Source: an uncultured Roseivirgaceae bacterium (lineage in GTDB: Bacteria; Bacteroidota; Bacteroidia; Cytophagales; Cyclobacteriaceae). Taken from it: a stretch of DNA of 64,000 bases. Both the position numbers and the translations under genes were made by a program. This document shows positions 29,904-38,972 of this stretch, piece after piece. The notes under the pieces were generated by a model that saw nothing but the letters and a program-made list of their open reading frames with translations, was not told the DNA's origin and searched no databases. The DNA lies in the NCBI GenBank assembly GCA_964351395.1, contig CAYGOF010000011.1, forward strand, positions 829-64,828, written 5' to 3'. Position 1 is the first letter of the stretch. The number at the start of each line of letters is the position of its first letter.

Positions 29904-30389
29904 CTATTGGGCATTGTCTTGAATGATGGTGCTGAGTAGTTCGTTGTATTTCGCTACTCTGGCAAGTAGCCTTTCTTTCGACTTGTCGTTGTCTAATTCT
30001 ATTTTTTCGCCACCATCGAACTTAAGGTAGGCCCTGAAGCTTCTTGCTTTAAAATCAAATTTTGCTCCACTTCTCGTTACCATCCTTTCGGATTCATGTA
30101 TTTCGTTGATAAAAACTTTTTCAATGTTCGTGTAAGGTGTCCATGTGCCGTTTTCTATCCAGAGTAGTTGGGTGTATTCTTTATAGCATTTTTGAGAAGG
30201 GTCGAGTATCAAGCCATAGCGCGATGTAAGCATAAGAGTTCCTAGCAAAGTGGCTATTACAAGAACCAGTAAGCCAATAGCATCGATATGTTGTGTAAAG
30301 AAAATTGCGCCAACAAGGAAGCTAACTACGCCGAAAAATCGAAACTGCTTCGGTAGCACATAATTGTGTTTAATGCGAATGAGCTGCAT
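29904..30389 (-). CDS. Hypothetical membrane protein (two TM segments plus a soluble C-terminal domain)
   Basis: 161-aa ORF with hydrophobic segments FFGVVSFLVGAIFF and GLLVLVIATLLGTLML. No recognised domain. Confidence 0.55.
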   Translation of the reverse strand: MQLIRIKHNYVLPKQFRFFGVVSFLVGAIFFTQHIDAIGLLVLVIATLLGTLMLTSRYGLILDPSQKCYKEYTQLLWIENGTWTPYTNIEKVFINEIHESERMVTRSGAKFDFKARSFRAYLKFDGGEKIELDNDKSKERLLARVAKYNELLSTIIQDNAQ

Positions 30390-30428
30390 GCTTTATGTTT
30401 CATTTGAATATAGTTACCTGAGACCAAC

Positions 30429-30457
30429 AAAAAAAGCCACTCGGTTAAGAGTGGCTT
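30429..30457 (-). terminator. Rho-independent terminator
   Basis: On the - strand, AGCCACTC-TTAACC-GAGTGGCT is followed by TTTTTTT. Located 25 nt after the MFS transporter stop. Confidence 0.75.
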
Positions 30458-30481
30458 TGTGTCTTCAGAAAGTGAAGGATT

Positions 30482-31711
30482 TTAGTGAGCAGCCTCTGCT
30501 ACTGCCGTTGTTGAATTCTTTTGCCAAAAGAAGAAGATTGTGAAGGCAACAATAAGAATGCCTGGGAAGAATAACATCGTAGTCAATGTTTCCTGTCCGG
30601 CAGCCAATTCCAGTGCCTCTCCTGTAAGTCCTGTTGCTAGTGCTTCTGCTCTGGCGTCATCAATCCAACTCCCAATTACAGGCTGCCAGATTGAGGTAGA
30701 AAACATACCAACGCCACCAACGACGGACATACCCAGCGCACCGCTAAGTGGAGCTCTTTGCGCCACTGAACCAACCATTACTGGCCAGAAGTAACAAACA
30801 CCAACAGCAAATATAACAGCAGCCACATAAGCCATTGGGCCGGTTACTGTACTAAACAAGTAAATACCGATGAAAGTGAAAATTGCCCCTCCCAGTAGCA
30901 CGCCAGTTTGCCCAAGCGCTTTAACAACAGGGCCAGCAAAGAATCGTCCTACAGCCATTACACCTGTCGTAAGCGCCAGCAGCAACATGCCGCTAACACC
31001 GCTGCTATTCAATACGATATTTACCCACTGTTGAGGTCCAAATTCGGAAATGGCAGTGAACGCCATGAATACAAAAAGGAAAATGTATACTGGCGAAAGC
31101 ATCGCTTTGAAGTTTTCTCCCAGGGAAGCCTGTCCTTCCACTTTTGGCTTAGGAAAAGTTTGACCCCAAAAAAGGTACGCATATATCAATGTAGGAATAA
31201 TAAGCACCCATATTTGGGACTGCCATGACATTCCAGCATCAGTCATGAACTTTGAAATCAAGCTACCAATCACAATGCCACCAGGGAACCACATATGGAA
31301 CCTGTTGAGCATTTTGTTCATCGTGGTGCCAGAATAGGAGTCTGCAATCATTGGATTACAAGCTGCTTCAGTACACCCATTACCGAACCCGATAAACAAG
31401 GTAGAAATAATCAGCGTCCAGTAGCCACCCGCATAAATTGTCAGAAGTATGCCAATCGCATGTGACAATAAAGCAACCTGCATAATTACTTTAGGACCGA
31501 CAGAATAGTAGACAAGGCCACCAATAATCATAGAAATTGGAAAGCCCAGGAACCACATGGAATTAATGAAGCCAAGTTGTTCTGCAGTAAGGTTAAATTC
31601 TTGACCTAGTTGGGGTAAAATACCCGCCCGAATCGAAAAGGTAAAGGCAGTGGTAATAAGCGCAAAGCAACTGCCATAGAATAGCCTGTTCTTATTATCT
31701 GTTTCAGACAT
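30482..31711 (-). CDS. MFS transporter (fucose/glucose-galactose permease-like)
   Basis: 409 aa with about 12 predicted TM segments. The N-terminal pattern FALITTAFTFSIRAGILPQLGQEFNLT..QLGFINSMWFLGF resembles FucP/GluP-type MFS proteins. Confidence 0.75.
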   Translation of the reverse strand: MSETDNKNRLFYGSCFALITTAFTFSIRAGILPQLGQEFNLTAEQLGFINSMWFLGFPISMIIGGLVYYSVGPKVIMQVALLSHAIGILLTIYAGGYWTLIISTLFIGFGNGCTEAACNPMIADSYSGTTMNKMLNRFHMWFPGGIVIGSLISKFMTDAGMSWQSQIWVLIIPTLIYAYLFWGQTFPKPKVEGQASLGENFKAMLSPVYIFLFVFMAFTAISEFGPQQWVNIVLNSSGVSGMLLLALTTGVMAVGRFFAGPVVKALGQTGVLLGGAIFTFIGIYLFSTVTGPMAYVAAVIFAVGVCYFWPVMVGSVAQRAPLSGALGMSVVGGVGMFSTSIWQPVIGSWIDDARAEALATGLTGEALELAAGQETLTTMLFFPGILIVAFTIFFFWQKNSTTAVAEAAH

Positions 31712-31832
31712 ACGAAGTGTAGTTTAAGTGGTTTATTGAATAGGTTGAAATTATCATTATTTAAATTTTTTTAATATCCCTTTCCTGTAAAAATAGTTTT
31801 TACTAAATTTATTGTCATAAAAGCTAAATATT

Positions 31833-32168
31833 ATGGAATTTAGAGCTTCAGTAGACAACAATGTTAGCATGAGTGGCGTGTCAGCGTTTGACGCCAGTGA
31901 ATACGATGACCAATATAAGATAAAGATCACTTCTAAAAAGCTTCATTCGGGCAGATGTCAGGTTAAATTTTACGCATGTATAGCTAATCGTAAGCAACTG
32001 TATGGCTATGTGCTGGTTAATGCGGAAGAGACTTTGAAAAAAGTGATTGAGAGAATACGCATGAGATTGGATAGAATGAATACGAAAGATTCATTTCACC
32101 ACATTAATCTATATAGCATCGGAAAAAAGGATGCTGACGATCTCAACTTTATTATTTTTGATGCTTGA
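31833..32168 (+). CDS. Hypothetical small protein (orphan), upstream of the XRE/S24 repressor
   Basis: 111-aa ATG-initiated ORF after an AT-rich promoter-like region. It ends 13 nt before the repressor start. No recognisable motif, so coding status is unproven. Confidence 0.4.
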   Translation: MEFRASVDNNVSMSGVSAFDASEYDDQYKIKITSKKLHSGRCQVKFYACIANRKQLYGYVLVNAEETLKKVIERIRMRLDRMNTKDSFHHINLYSIGKKDADDLNFIIFDA

Positions 32169-32181
32169 TAACACATGTGAA

Positions 32182-32970
32182 ATGGTTAAGATAAACGAGA
32201 ACATACGTTTTTTGCGCAAGCAAAAAGGACTAACTCAGGAACAGTTTGCTGAGAAGATCGGAATAAAGCGATCAGTTGTAGGAGCATATGAGGAGGGAAG
32301 GGCGTCGCCACCATTGGAAACCCTGCTTAAAATGGCTGATCTTTTCCAAATTACTGCTGATGACTTCATTAGCAAAGATATCAGCAAAGGAGAAGTAACA
32401 ACCCCTGTTTCAGGTGCTGGGTCAACTCCTCAATTCAAGGTCTTGTCCATTACGGTCGACAAAGAAGACAACGAGAATATTGAGCTTGTGCCACAAAAGG
32501 CATCGGCAGGGTATTTGAATGGTTATGCCGATCCTGAATATATTGAAGAGCTACCACGCTTTCAGTTGCCTGTGTTACCAAAGAATGCGACTTACCGCGC
32601 ATTTGAAATTAGTGGTGATTCTATGTTGCCTTTGGAAAGCGGTACCATTATCATTGGTCAGTATGTAGAAAGCACCAATGACATTAAGAATGGTAAAACC
32701 TATATCCTGGTAACGGGTAAAGAGGGTGTTGTCTACAAAAGGGTTTTTAACTACCTCAAAGACAACGGGAAACTCTACCTGGTATCCGACAATAAGGCTT
32801 ATTCACCTTATGAAATTGAAGGAGGAGAAGTTTTGGAAATTTGGGAAGCCAAAGCATTCATTAGCTTTAAATTTCCTGATGATGGTAAATCCTCAGAATT
32901 AAGTCTTGAGAAACTGACGCAAATTGTGCTTGAGCTACAACAGGAGGTAGTTAAGCTGAAGGACCGTTGA
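32182..32970 (+). CDS. XRE-family HTH + S24 peptidase (LexA/CI-like self-cleaving repressor)
   Basis: N-terminal HTH_3 (IRFLRKQKGLTQEQFAEKIGIKRSVVGAYEEGRASPPLETLLKMADLF). C-terminal S24 domain with catalytic Ser (FEISGDSMLP) and Lys (GVVYKRV). Start taken at MVKINEN; the ORF track extends 51 nt further upstream. Confidence 0.85.
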   Translation: MVKINENIRFLRKQKGLTQEQFAEKIGIKRSVVGAYEEGRASPPLETLLKMADLFQITADDFISKDISKGEVTTPVSGAGSTPQFKVLSITVDKEDNENIELVPQKASAGYLNGYADPEYIEELPRFQLPVLPKNATYRAFEISGDSMLPLESGTIIIGQYVESTNDIKNGKTYILVTGKEGVVYKRVFNYLKDNGKLYLVSDNKAYSPYEIEGGEVLEIWEAKAFISFKFPDDGKSSELSLEKLTQIVLELQQEVVKLKDR

Positions 32971-33694
32971 TCAGATCTTCGAAGGAGGCTTCAAGTTTGT
33001 CAAGCCACTCTTTTTTCTTACTGATATGTAAGTTGGTTTTGGATAAGTTGAACCATTGGCCACCCCCTATGTTGAGGAAGGTGTCCCCTTTAGAATCATA
33101 GTTCGTTACGACGTCTTCAGGATAGTATTCAGCGATGTAAATTTGCTTGAGTACCTTTCCCAATTTGTACCATGGGATGTCTTTTTTGATAGCAGCAAGT
33201 CCGAGACGGTTTTCGATAAAAGCTTCTCTTTTTTCAAATGAAGCTTTTAATGAAAGTTTTCGTTCTCCCTTCACAAAATCCATTTCCAGCGGTTGCTCAA
33301 TTTTTGCTGTCTCAATACAGGCTTGTTCCAATTCTTGTAGCCAGTATTCCCAGGCGTCGAAATTGGCAGGGTACCTGGCAGCTTCACCCTCCAGGTTTAC
33401 CTTTACGCTGCAACGGTTCAATTTATTGACTTTGGCACTCCAATTACTCTTTTCAATCAAGTCATCTAACGACTGACGCCAAACCAGGGGAAGTTTCCCT
33501 TGCCAATTGATATCGTCTTCACCGCTAAAACCTTCATTAAGGATTTCCTCTTCCTCCAACTGGTCCCGGTCCGTATATATGAGGTGAAATCCAATCTCCA
33601 GTTCTTCCATACCTTTTAATTCGGCATGTATCGTGAAAGAGTAGGGGGCTGGTATGTTCTGTGTGCTATAATCAACTGATATGTTCGTGCTCAT
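32951..33694 (-). CDS. Hypothetical acidic protein, co-directional with and 24 bp downstream of menE
   Basis: 247-aa ORF with no recognised domain. Its 3' end overlaps the convergent repressor gene by 20 bp. Confidence 0.6.
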   Translation of the reverse strand: MSTNISVDYSTQNIPAPYSFTIHAELKGMEELEIGFHLIYTDRDQLEEEEILNEGFSGEDDINWQGKLPLVWRQSLDDLIEKSNWSAKVNKLNRCSVKVNLEGEAARYPANFDAWEYWLQELEQACIETAKIEQPLEMDFVKGERKLSLKASFEKREAFIENRLGLAAIKKDIPWYKLGKVLKQIYIAEYYPEDVVTNYDSKGDTFLNIGGGQWFNLSKTNLHISKKKEWLDKLEASFEDLINGPSA

Positions 33695-33718
33695 TTATTC
33701 GGAGTTCAAGAGGTAAAT

Positions 33719-34795
33719 TTAAGACAAAATGGAGTGAACTGTTTTTATTTTATCAAGTTTACCGGAAGCGGTGCTACGAAACTGTCTGGAAAAGAGTATT
33801 TGCTTTGGAGCATGGTAGTTCGGTAGAGCTTCTTTGATTTGTTGAAGTAGTTTTGTCGAAACCAAAGCATCTTCTCCTTCAATGAATAAGACTAGTTTTT
33901 GCCCTAGTTTATGATCGGATAGGCCGTAGCAAAAATAGCGATGATTGGGATAAAACGTATTCACATGAGTGGCAATTAGCCGATCAATTTCTGAAGGGAA
34001 AATTTTTATGCCTCCTGAGTTGACGACTTCATCATACCTTCCTTGCCAATGAAATGATTGCTTACTTGTAAGTGTTACAATGTCATTTGTTATAATATCC
34101 ATGCCCCCAGTAATGGCGCCATTAATGATCAGGCAGTCTCTATTATCTGTTTTGATTTGGATGCCTGGTAGAACGGTAAAGTCATTTTGTGGAGGATGTG
34201 AATTGAGTCGCTTAAGAGCAATATGTGAAATTGTCTCTGTCATGCCATAGGTATGGTAGACAGGGTTTGCTAACTGTGCAATCGCCTGCATATATTTTGA
34301 TTCGATAGGGGCTCCACCAATTAGGATAGCACTTGCTTTATCGAGACGTGCTGGGTCTTGGTCTAGGATTGAATAAAGTTGCAAGGGTACCAATGAGATC
34401 AGTCCCAGGGTGTCGAATCGACTTAGCGCATTAACTAGATTGCTTGTTGGTGTTACTATTTGTAGTGGAAGATCATGCGTTAAGGCACGTACTATTTGCA
34501 TCTTACCACCAATAAACCGGGCGTCAATACATACCGTTACTGGTGTACCTTCAGTTATGTGCAAATAATTAATAGTAGCTGTGGCGCTAGCTATCATTTT
34601 AGTTCGTTCGATTTCAATTGATTTTGGTGTTCCGGTAGAGCCGGACGTATTGAGGATGAAATAGTTTTTTTCACTAAACCATTCTTCGAGGAACGATGCA
34701 ATTTCCTGTTCGTAGGGTGTCAGATCTTTTAAACCAGCTATTGAAACAATAGCTGCTTCTTTTTGATTTATACGTATGATATGGTGATAGCTCAA
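33719..34795 (-). CDS. menE: AMP-dependent ligase, short O-succinylbenzoate-CoA ligase type
   Basis: Adenylate-forming motifs NTSGSTGTPKSI, HTYGMTE, GGIKIFPSEID. The 358-aa length matches the short Bacteroidota MenE form, and other men genes lie nearby. Confidence 0.7.
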   Translation of the reverse strand: MSYHHIIRINQKEAAIVSIAGLKDLTPYEQEIASFLEEWFSEKNYFILNTSGSTGTPKSIEIERTKMIASATATINYLHITEGTPVTVCIDARFIGGKMQIVRALTHDLPLQIVTPTSNLVNALSRFDTLGLISLVPLQLYSILDQDPARLDKASAILIGGAPIESKYMQAIAQLANPVYHTYGMTETISHIALKRLNSHPPQNDFTVLPGIQIKTDNRDCLIINGAITGGMDIITNDIVTLTSKQSFHWQGRYDEVVNSGGIKIFPSEIDRLIATHVNTFYPNHRYFCYGLSDHKLGQKLVLFIEGEDALVSTKLLQQIKEALPNYHAPKQILFSRQFRSTASGKLDKIKTVHSILS

Positions 34796-34908
34796 TCTAT
34801 TGAATTCATTTATTGTTATTGATCAATTGAACGCAAATAATAGTTTTCTTGGGCTGAATTTATATTTTTGATTTTTCATCAAATATAAGGTGATAACAAC
34901 ACTACAAC

Positions 34909-35460
34909 TTGGCAGAGTCTGACTTTTTACTGGTTGAGCGTTTACGCAATAAGGAAGAGGGGGCGTTTGAGATTGTCTTTAATTCATTCTATTCAATTCT
35001 TTGTAGCTACGCTAACAAATACCTTAACGACCCAGAATCGGCCGAAGAAATCGTGCAGGACGTATTTGTTAAGTTTTGGGAAAAATGCGAAGCCTTAGCA
35101 CCGGACTCTTCGGTTAAATCATATCTTTTTAGATCAGTTCACAATACTTGCCTTAATCACTTGAAACACCTAAAGGTGAGAGATGCCTATAAACAGTATG
35201 TGGTTAACTATTTAGAGAAGGAATCGACATATGCTTATGGGGTGCATGAAGAACCTGACCTTGAGAAGAAGATTGAAGAAGCGATAAGCTCGTTGCCTCC
35301 ACAATGCCAACGAATTTTTCGTATGAGCCGCTTCGATGGGCTTAAATATCAGGAGATTGCCGACCATATTGGCATATCCGTTAAGACTGTAGAAGTGCAA
35401 ATGGGAAAGGCACTTAGACTTTTGAGGGAAAAGCTTAAGGATTATTTAAAAGACAATTGA
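34909..35460 (+). CDS. ECF (sigma-70 family) RNA polymerase sigma factor
   Basis: Region 2 (AEEIVQDVFVKFWEK ... YLFRSVHNTCLNHLK) and region 4 (FRMSRFDGLKYQEIADHIGISVKTVEVQMGKALRLLR). TTG start as given by the ORF track. Confidence 0.9.
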   Translation: MAESDFLLVERLRNKEEGAFEIVFNSFYSILCSYANKYLNDPESAEEIVQDVFVKFWEKCEALAPDSSVKSYLFRSVHNTCLNHLKHLKVRDAYKQYVVNYLEKESTYAYGVHEEPDLEKKIEEAISSLPPQCQRIFRMSRFDGLKYQEIADHIGISVKTVEVQMGKALRLLREKLKDYLKDN

Positions 35461-35551
35461 CACTCATTCTTTGAATTAGGATGACAATTTTCGGAACTTA
35501 GGAAAGTTAAGTTGCGGAAATTGAACCCATAAGAATGAATTATCTTCCTAT

Positions 35552-36991
35552 ATGAAATCGATCAGATTTCATTTTTTGCTGTCTCTACTAACATTAGGCT
35601 GTTGCATGACAGTTGCCGGACAGAGCCAAAAACCTCTTTTGGACAAGGTTGTAGACGTGCAAGTTTGGGAGCTTGGTCTTGACTCAGCAATCATGAAGAT
35701 ATCCGAGGTGTCCGGTGTTTTTTTCTCCTACAATGCCGACCTGGTACCTAAAAAGCAAAAATTTACCCTTGCGGAAAATAGTAAGTCTGTAAAATACATT
35801 ATCAGTAAACTTCTTACCGGAACCGGACTTGGCTACAAATTAATCGGCGACCAGGTAATTATCTTTAAAACTGAGCAGCCGACAGAAATGGTCCGATTTA
35901 AGGAGCATGTGATGCTGTTTGGCACAGTAACCGATGAAGCTACTGGAGAGCCTGTTGAGGGTGTAAATGTTTTTGTTGCAAAGTCAATGTTGGGTGATGC
36001 CACTGATCAAAATGGCTTTTTCAGTATTGACCGTTTGCCTTTGGGTACTTACGAAGTTACTTTTTCACATGTAGCCTATAAGCTTGGAGTGAAGAAGATC
36101 GATGTAGACGACACAACTGATATTGCGTTGCGAGTTGCATTGGTATCGAAATTGGATGAATTGGAAAGTGTCGAGATCATTTCAACTAAAGATAAAAGCT
36201 GGGAAAGGCATCTTCGGGCTTTTCAGACAGCTTTTTTAGGAGCAACTCCAAATGCTTCCCGATGTGTCATCACCAACGATCATGTGCTTGATTTCCAGTA
36301 CTATAGCAATGATGATTTACTTGTAGGCTATGCAAGTAAACCGCTGATCATAGAAAACTGGTCCTTGGGTTATCGAATATACTACGTGCTTGAGCTGTTT
36401 GAACAACGTGGTGGCACCACCCGATATGTGGGTAAATCTAGGTTTGAAGAGCTGGAACCGTCTGATGAAGGAGAAATGAAACGTTGGCAGAAGAATCGCT
36501 TGAAGGCTTATCGAGGATCGCTTGAACACTTCATACGTTCTTTTACTGAGAACAGGCTTCGCAAGGAGGGATTTTTGGTGTACAAAGTATATGACTTGCC
36601 AATATCCGGTGCAGTGCCTTACTACGAAGTCAATAGGAGCAGTATACTTAAAAACGGATCTCATCCCTACGAAAATAGGCTTTCGTTCAAAGACTATCTT
36701 CAGGTGATTTACCTCAGAGAAACGGAGCCGATGGCATACCTTGAAGAGAAACAAAGACTTTTAAATAATAACGCTGCTTCGCCTGTTGGACTCAATTACA
36801 GAATGGCCGATGAGTCAAGAGGCAATAGGCAAGTGTCTTATTTGCAATTGAACATTCCAACAGTATCAGTGGATAAACGAGGATTTATTTATGATCCGCT
36901 AGCAGTAACCACCCTGGGATATTGGTCATGGGAAAGATTGGCAGAAAGCCTTCCGATTGAATATGAACCAGAAAGCAGACCTCGTAAATAA
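35552..36991 (+). CDS. STN-domain + carboxypeptidase-regulatory-like (CarbopepD_reg) domain protein with no recognisable TonB-dependent plug or barrel
   Basis: Signal peptide. STN-like segment (LDSAIMKISEVSGVFFSYNADLV...SVKYIISKLLTGTGLGYKLIGDQVIIF). CarbopepD_reg (FGTVTDEATGEPVEGVNVFV...GFFSIDRLPLGTYEVTFSHVAY). Then a ~270-aa domain of unknown function. Total 479 aa, too short for a 22-strand barrel. Confidence 0.7.
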   Translation: MKSIRFHFLLSLLTLGCCMTVAGQSQKPLLDKVVDVQVWELGLDSAIMKISEVSGVFFSYNADLVPKKQKFTLAENSKSVKYIISKLLTGTGLGYKLIGDQVIIFKTEQPTEMVRFKEHVMLFGTVTDEATGEPVEGVNVFVAKSMLGDATDQNGFFSIDRLPLGTYEVTFSHVAYKLGVKKIDVDDTTDIALRVALVSKLDELESVEIISTKDKSWERHLRAFQTAFLGATPNASRCVITNDHVLDFQYYSNDDLLVGYASKPLIIENWSLGYRIYYVLELFEQRGGTTRYVGKSRFEELEPSDEGEMKRWQKNRLKAYRGSLEHFIRSFTENRLRKEGFLVYKVYDLPISGAVPYYEVNRSSILKNGSHPYENRLSFKDYLQVIYLRETEPMAYLEEKQRLLNNNAASPVGLNYRMADESRGNRQVSYLQLNIPTVSVDKRGFIYDPLAVTTLGYWSWERLAESLPIEYEPESRPRK

Positions 36992-37086
36992 GTTTTCTAT
37001 GTATCTTTGTATGTTTATTGTATAATTGAATAAGGGTCATTATTACAGGTATTGTTAATAGAATAGATATTTCTAATAGGTAGAAA

Positions 37087-38091
37087 ATGATAGAGTTAGT
37101 GGCTAAATACCTTTCAGGTAATGCCAGTTTAGAGGAGCAGGAGCAAGTTGAAGAGTGGAGAAACCAAAATCAGCAGGAGTTTCTTTCATACTCGGAAGCA
37201 TGGGCAACTGCTCATGTAAACGCCTTTGATAAGGAAAGTGCCAGAGCAGCTGTGATGGGCCGTATTTCGACCCAAAATAGATTCGAACAGAAAACTAAAG
37301 GTTCAGCTGGCTTCACTTGGAGATTGGCAGGAATTGCTGCCGCTGTTTCACTTTTGTTGGGTATAGCTTACTTCCTTTTTGTAGGTGGTAGTAACTCCAC
37401 AGCATCCGATCTTATTGTTGATGGATGGGAAGTTGTCGAAACTGATAAGGGAGAGACCAAGGAAGTAAATCTTGCTGATGGGTCTACTGTTTCAATGAGT
37501 GAATTATCAAGGTTGAGTTATCCGCTACAATTCGGGGATGAGCGAAGAATTGTTTTTAACGGCAAAGGTTTTTTTGACGTTGTGCCGGACAAAGAGCATC
37601 CATTCAGGGTAGAAACGATCGAAGCCCTTGTGACTGTTGTTGGCACCTCATTCCAGATAAAAACAGAAAGCATTGCCAAATTTTCGGAAGTGATTGTAGA
37701 AACAGGTATTGTAACCCTTGCCAGAAAGCCTCAGCCCAATGTTGCTGAAAAATCCATAGAAGTAGACCTACGGCCCGGTGAAGCCGGTGTTGTTCGAAGG
37801 GAGGCAAAAGGAGTTTCGAAGTCGAAGAACATGAACCAAAACTACCTAGCCTGGAAAACCAACAAAATGGTATTTAATAGTACTGCAATGAGCGATGTGA
37901 TTACGACGCTCAATGAGGTGTACAATGTGGATATCAAGTTGACGAATAAGGAAATTGCTGATTGTCGTCTGACAGCTACTTTTGATAGAAAGCCTATCAA
38001 TGAAGTGATCGAAGTGATTAAGCAGACATTCTCTTTTGAAGTGGAGAATTCGAGAAACGAGTATGAAATAAGTGGCAAGGCTTGTAGGTAG
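37087..38091 (+). CDS. FecR-family anti-sigma factor / transmembrane sensor
   Basis: N-terminal anti-sigma segment, one TM (LAGIAAAVSLLLGIAYFLFVG), FecR domain (GKGFFDVVPDKEHPFRVET...VTVVGTSFQI), and a DUF4974-like C-terminus (MVFNSTAMSDVITTLNEVYNVDI). Confidence 0.85.
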   Translation: MIELVAKYLSGNASLEEQEQVEEWRNQNQQEFLSYSEAWATAHVNAFDKESARAAVMGRISTQNRFEQKTKGSAGFTWRLAGIAAAVSLLLGIAYFLFVGGSNSTASDLIVDGWEVVETDKGETKEVNLADGSTVSMSELSRLSYPLQFGDERRIVFNGKGFFDVVPDKEHPFRVETIEALVTVVGTSFQIKTESIAKFSEVIVETGIVTLARKPQPNVAEKSIEVDLRPGEAGVVRREAKGVSKSKNMNQNYLAWKTNKMVFNSTAMSDVITTLNEVYNVDIKLTNKEIADCRLTATFDRKPINEVIEVIKQTFSFEVENSRNEYEISGKACR

Positions 38092-38114
38092 AAAATTATT
38101 GCCTTGTTAGGAAA

Positions 38115-38142
38115 TAAAAAAAGGGTGCTGAAGCACCCTTTT
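38115..38142. terminator. Bidirectional rho-independent terminator
   Basis: A7-GGGTGC-TGAA-GCACCC-TTTT, between the convergent FecR and menB genes. Confidence 0.75.
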
Positions 38143-38146
38143 CTGT

Positions 38147-38971
38147 TTATGGAAACTTTGGGAATTTTTTAAAGTCTGGTGCTCTTTTTTCAAGAAAGGC
38201 ATTCTTTCCTTCCTGGGCTTCTTCAGTGAAATAATAAAGTAAAGTGGCGTTGCCTGCCAACTCCTGGATACCGGCTTGTCCATCCAATTCTGCGTTAAGG
38301 CCCATCTTAATCATCCTTAAGGCCATTGGGCTTCGCTGCATCATTATTCGGCACCATTCAATCGTGGTTTCTTCAAGCTTTTCAATTGGAACTACCTTAT
38401 TTACCATACCCATTTCTTCAGCTTCTTTTGCACTGTACTGTTGGCAAAGGAACCATATTTCACGTGCTTTCTTTTGTCCCACGTGGCGGGCCAGGTAGCT
38501 TGACCCAAAGCCAGCATCAAAGCTGCCCACTTTTGGGCCAGTTTGTCCGAAAATTGCATTTTCAGAGGCAATGGTCAGGTCACATACCACATGAAGTACA
38601 TGGCCGCCTCCAATAGCAAATCCATTGACCATGGCAACCACAGGCTTAGGTAGTGACCTTATTTTTTTCTGAAGGTCCAATACATTCAAGCGTGGCACGC
38701 CGTCTTTTCCTACATAACCACCTATGCCTTTAACATTCTGGTCACCACCGCTACAAAAAGCCTTATCACCTTCACCAGTAAGCACTACTACATACACATC
38801 AGGACTCTCTCTACAAAAATCCATTGCTTCCGACATTTCATTGACGGTTTGTGGCCTGAAGGCATTTCGTACTTGTGGTCGGTTAATCGTTATTTTCGCA
38901 ATACCTTCAAAGAATTCGAATCGGATATCTTCGTAATCTTTTATGGACTGCCATTCAAATGTTGATTTCAT
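38147..38971 (-). CDS. menB: 1,4-dihydroxy-2-naphthoyl-CoA synthase
   Basis: 274 aa of the crotonase fold with MenB-type sequence ([67 protein letters not shown]). Confidence 0.95.
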   Translation of the reverse strand: MKSTFEWQSIKDYEDIRFEFFEGIAKITINRPQVRNAFRPQTVNEMSEAMDFCRESPDVYVVVLTGEGDKAFCSGGDQNVKGIGGYVGKDGVPRLNVLDLQKKIRSLPKPVVAMVNGFAIGGGHVLHVVCDLTIASENAIFGQTGPKVGSFDAGFGSSYLARHVGQKKAREIWFLCQQYSAKEAEEMGMVNKVVPIEKLEETTIEWCRIMMQRSPMALRMIKMGLNAELDGQAGIQELAGNATLLYYFTEEAQEGKNAFLEKRAPDFKKFPKFP

Positions 38972-38972
38972 A

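Noticed and set aside
32131-32181. N-terminal extension of the XRE/S24 ORF (MLTISTLLFLMLDNTCE) overlapping the upstream small ORF
   Set aside because: The HTH domain begins right after the internal Met (MVKINENIRFLRK), which is the typical start for this family. The extension is hydrophobic filler and would overlap the upstream ORF.
36317-36754. 145-aa ORF antisense to the STN/CarbopepD gene
   Set aside because: It is embedded in a longer, better-supported sense ORF and has no motifs.
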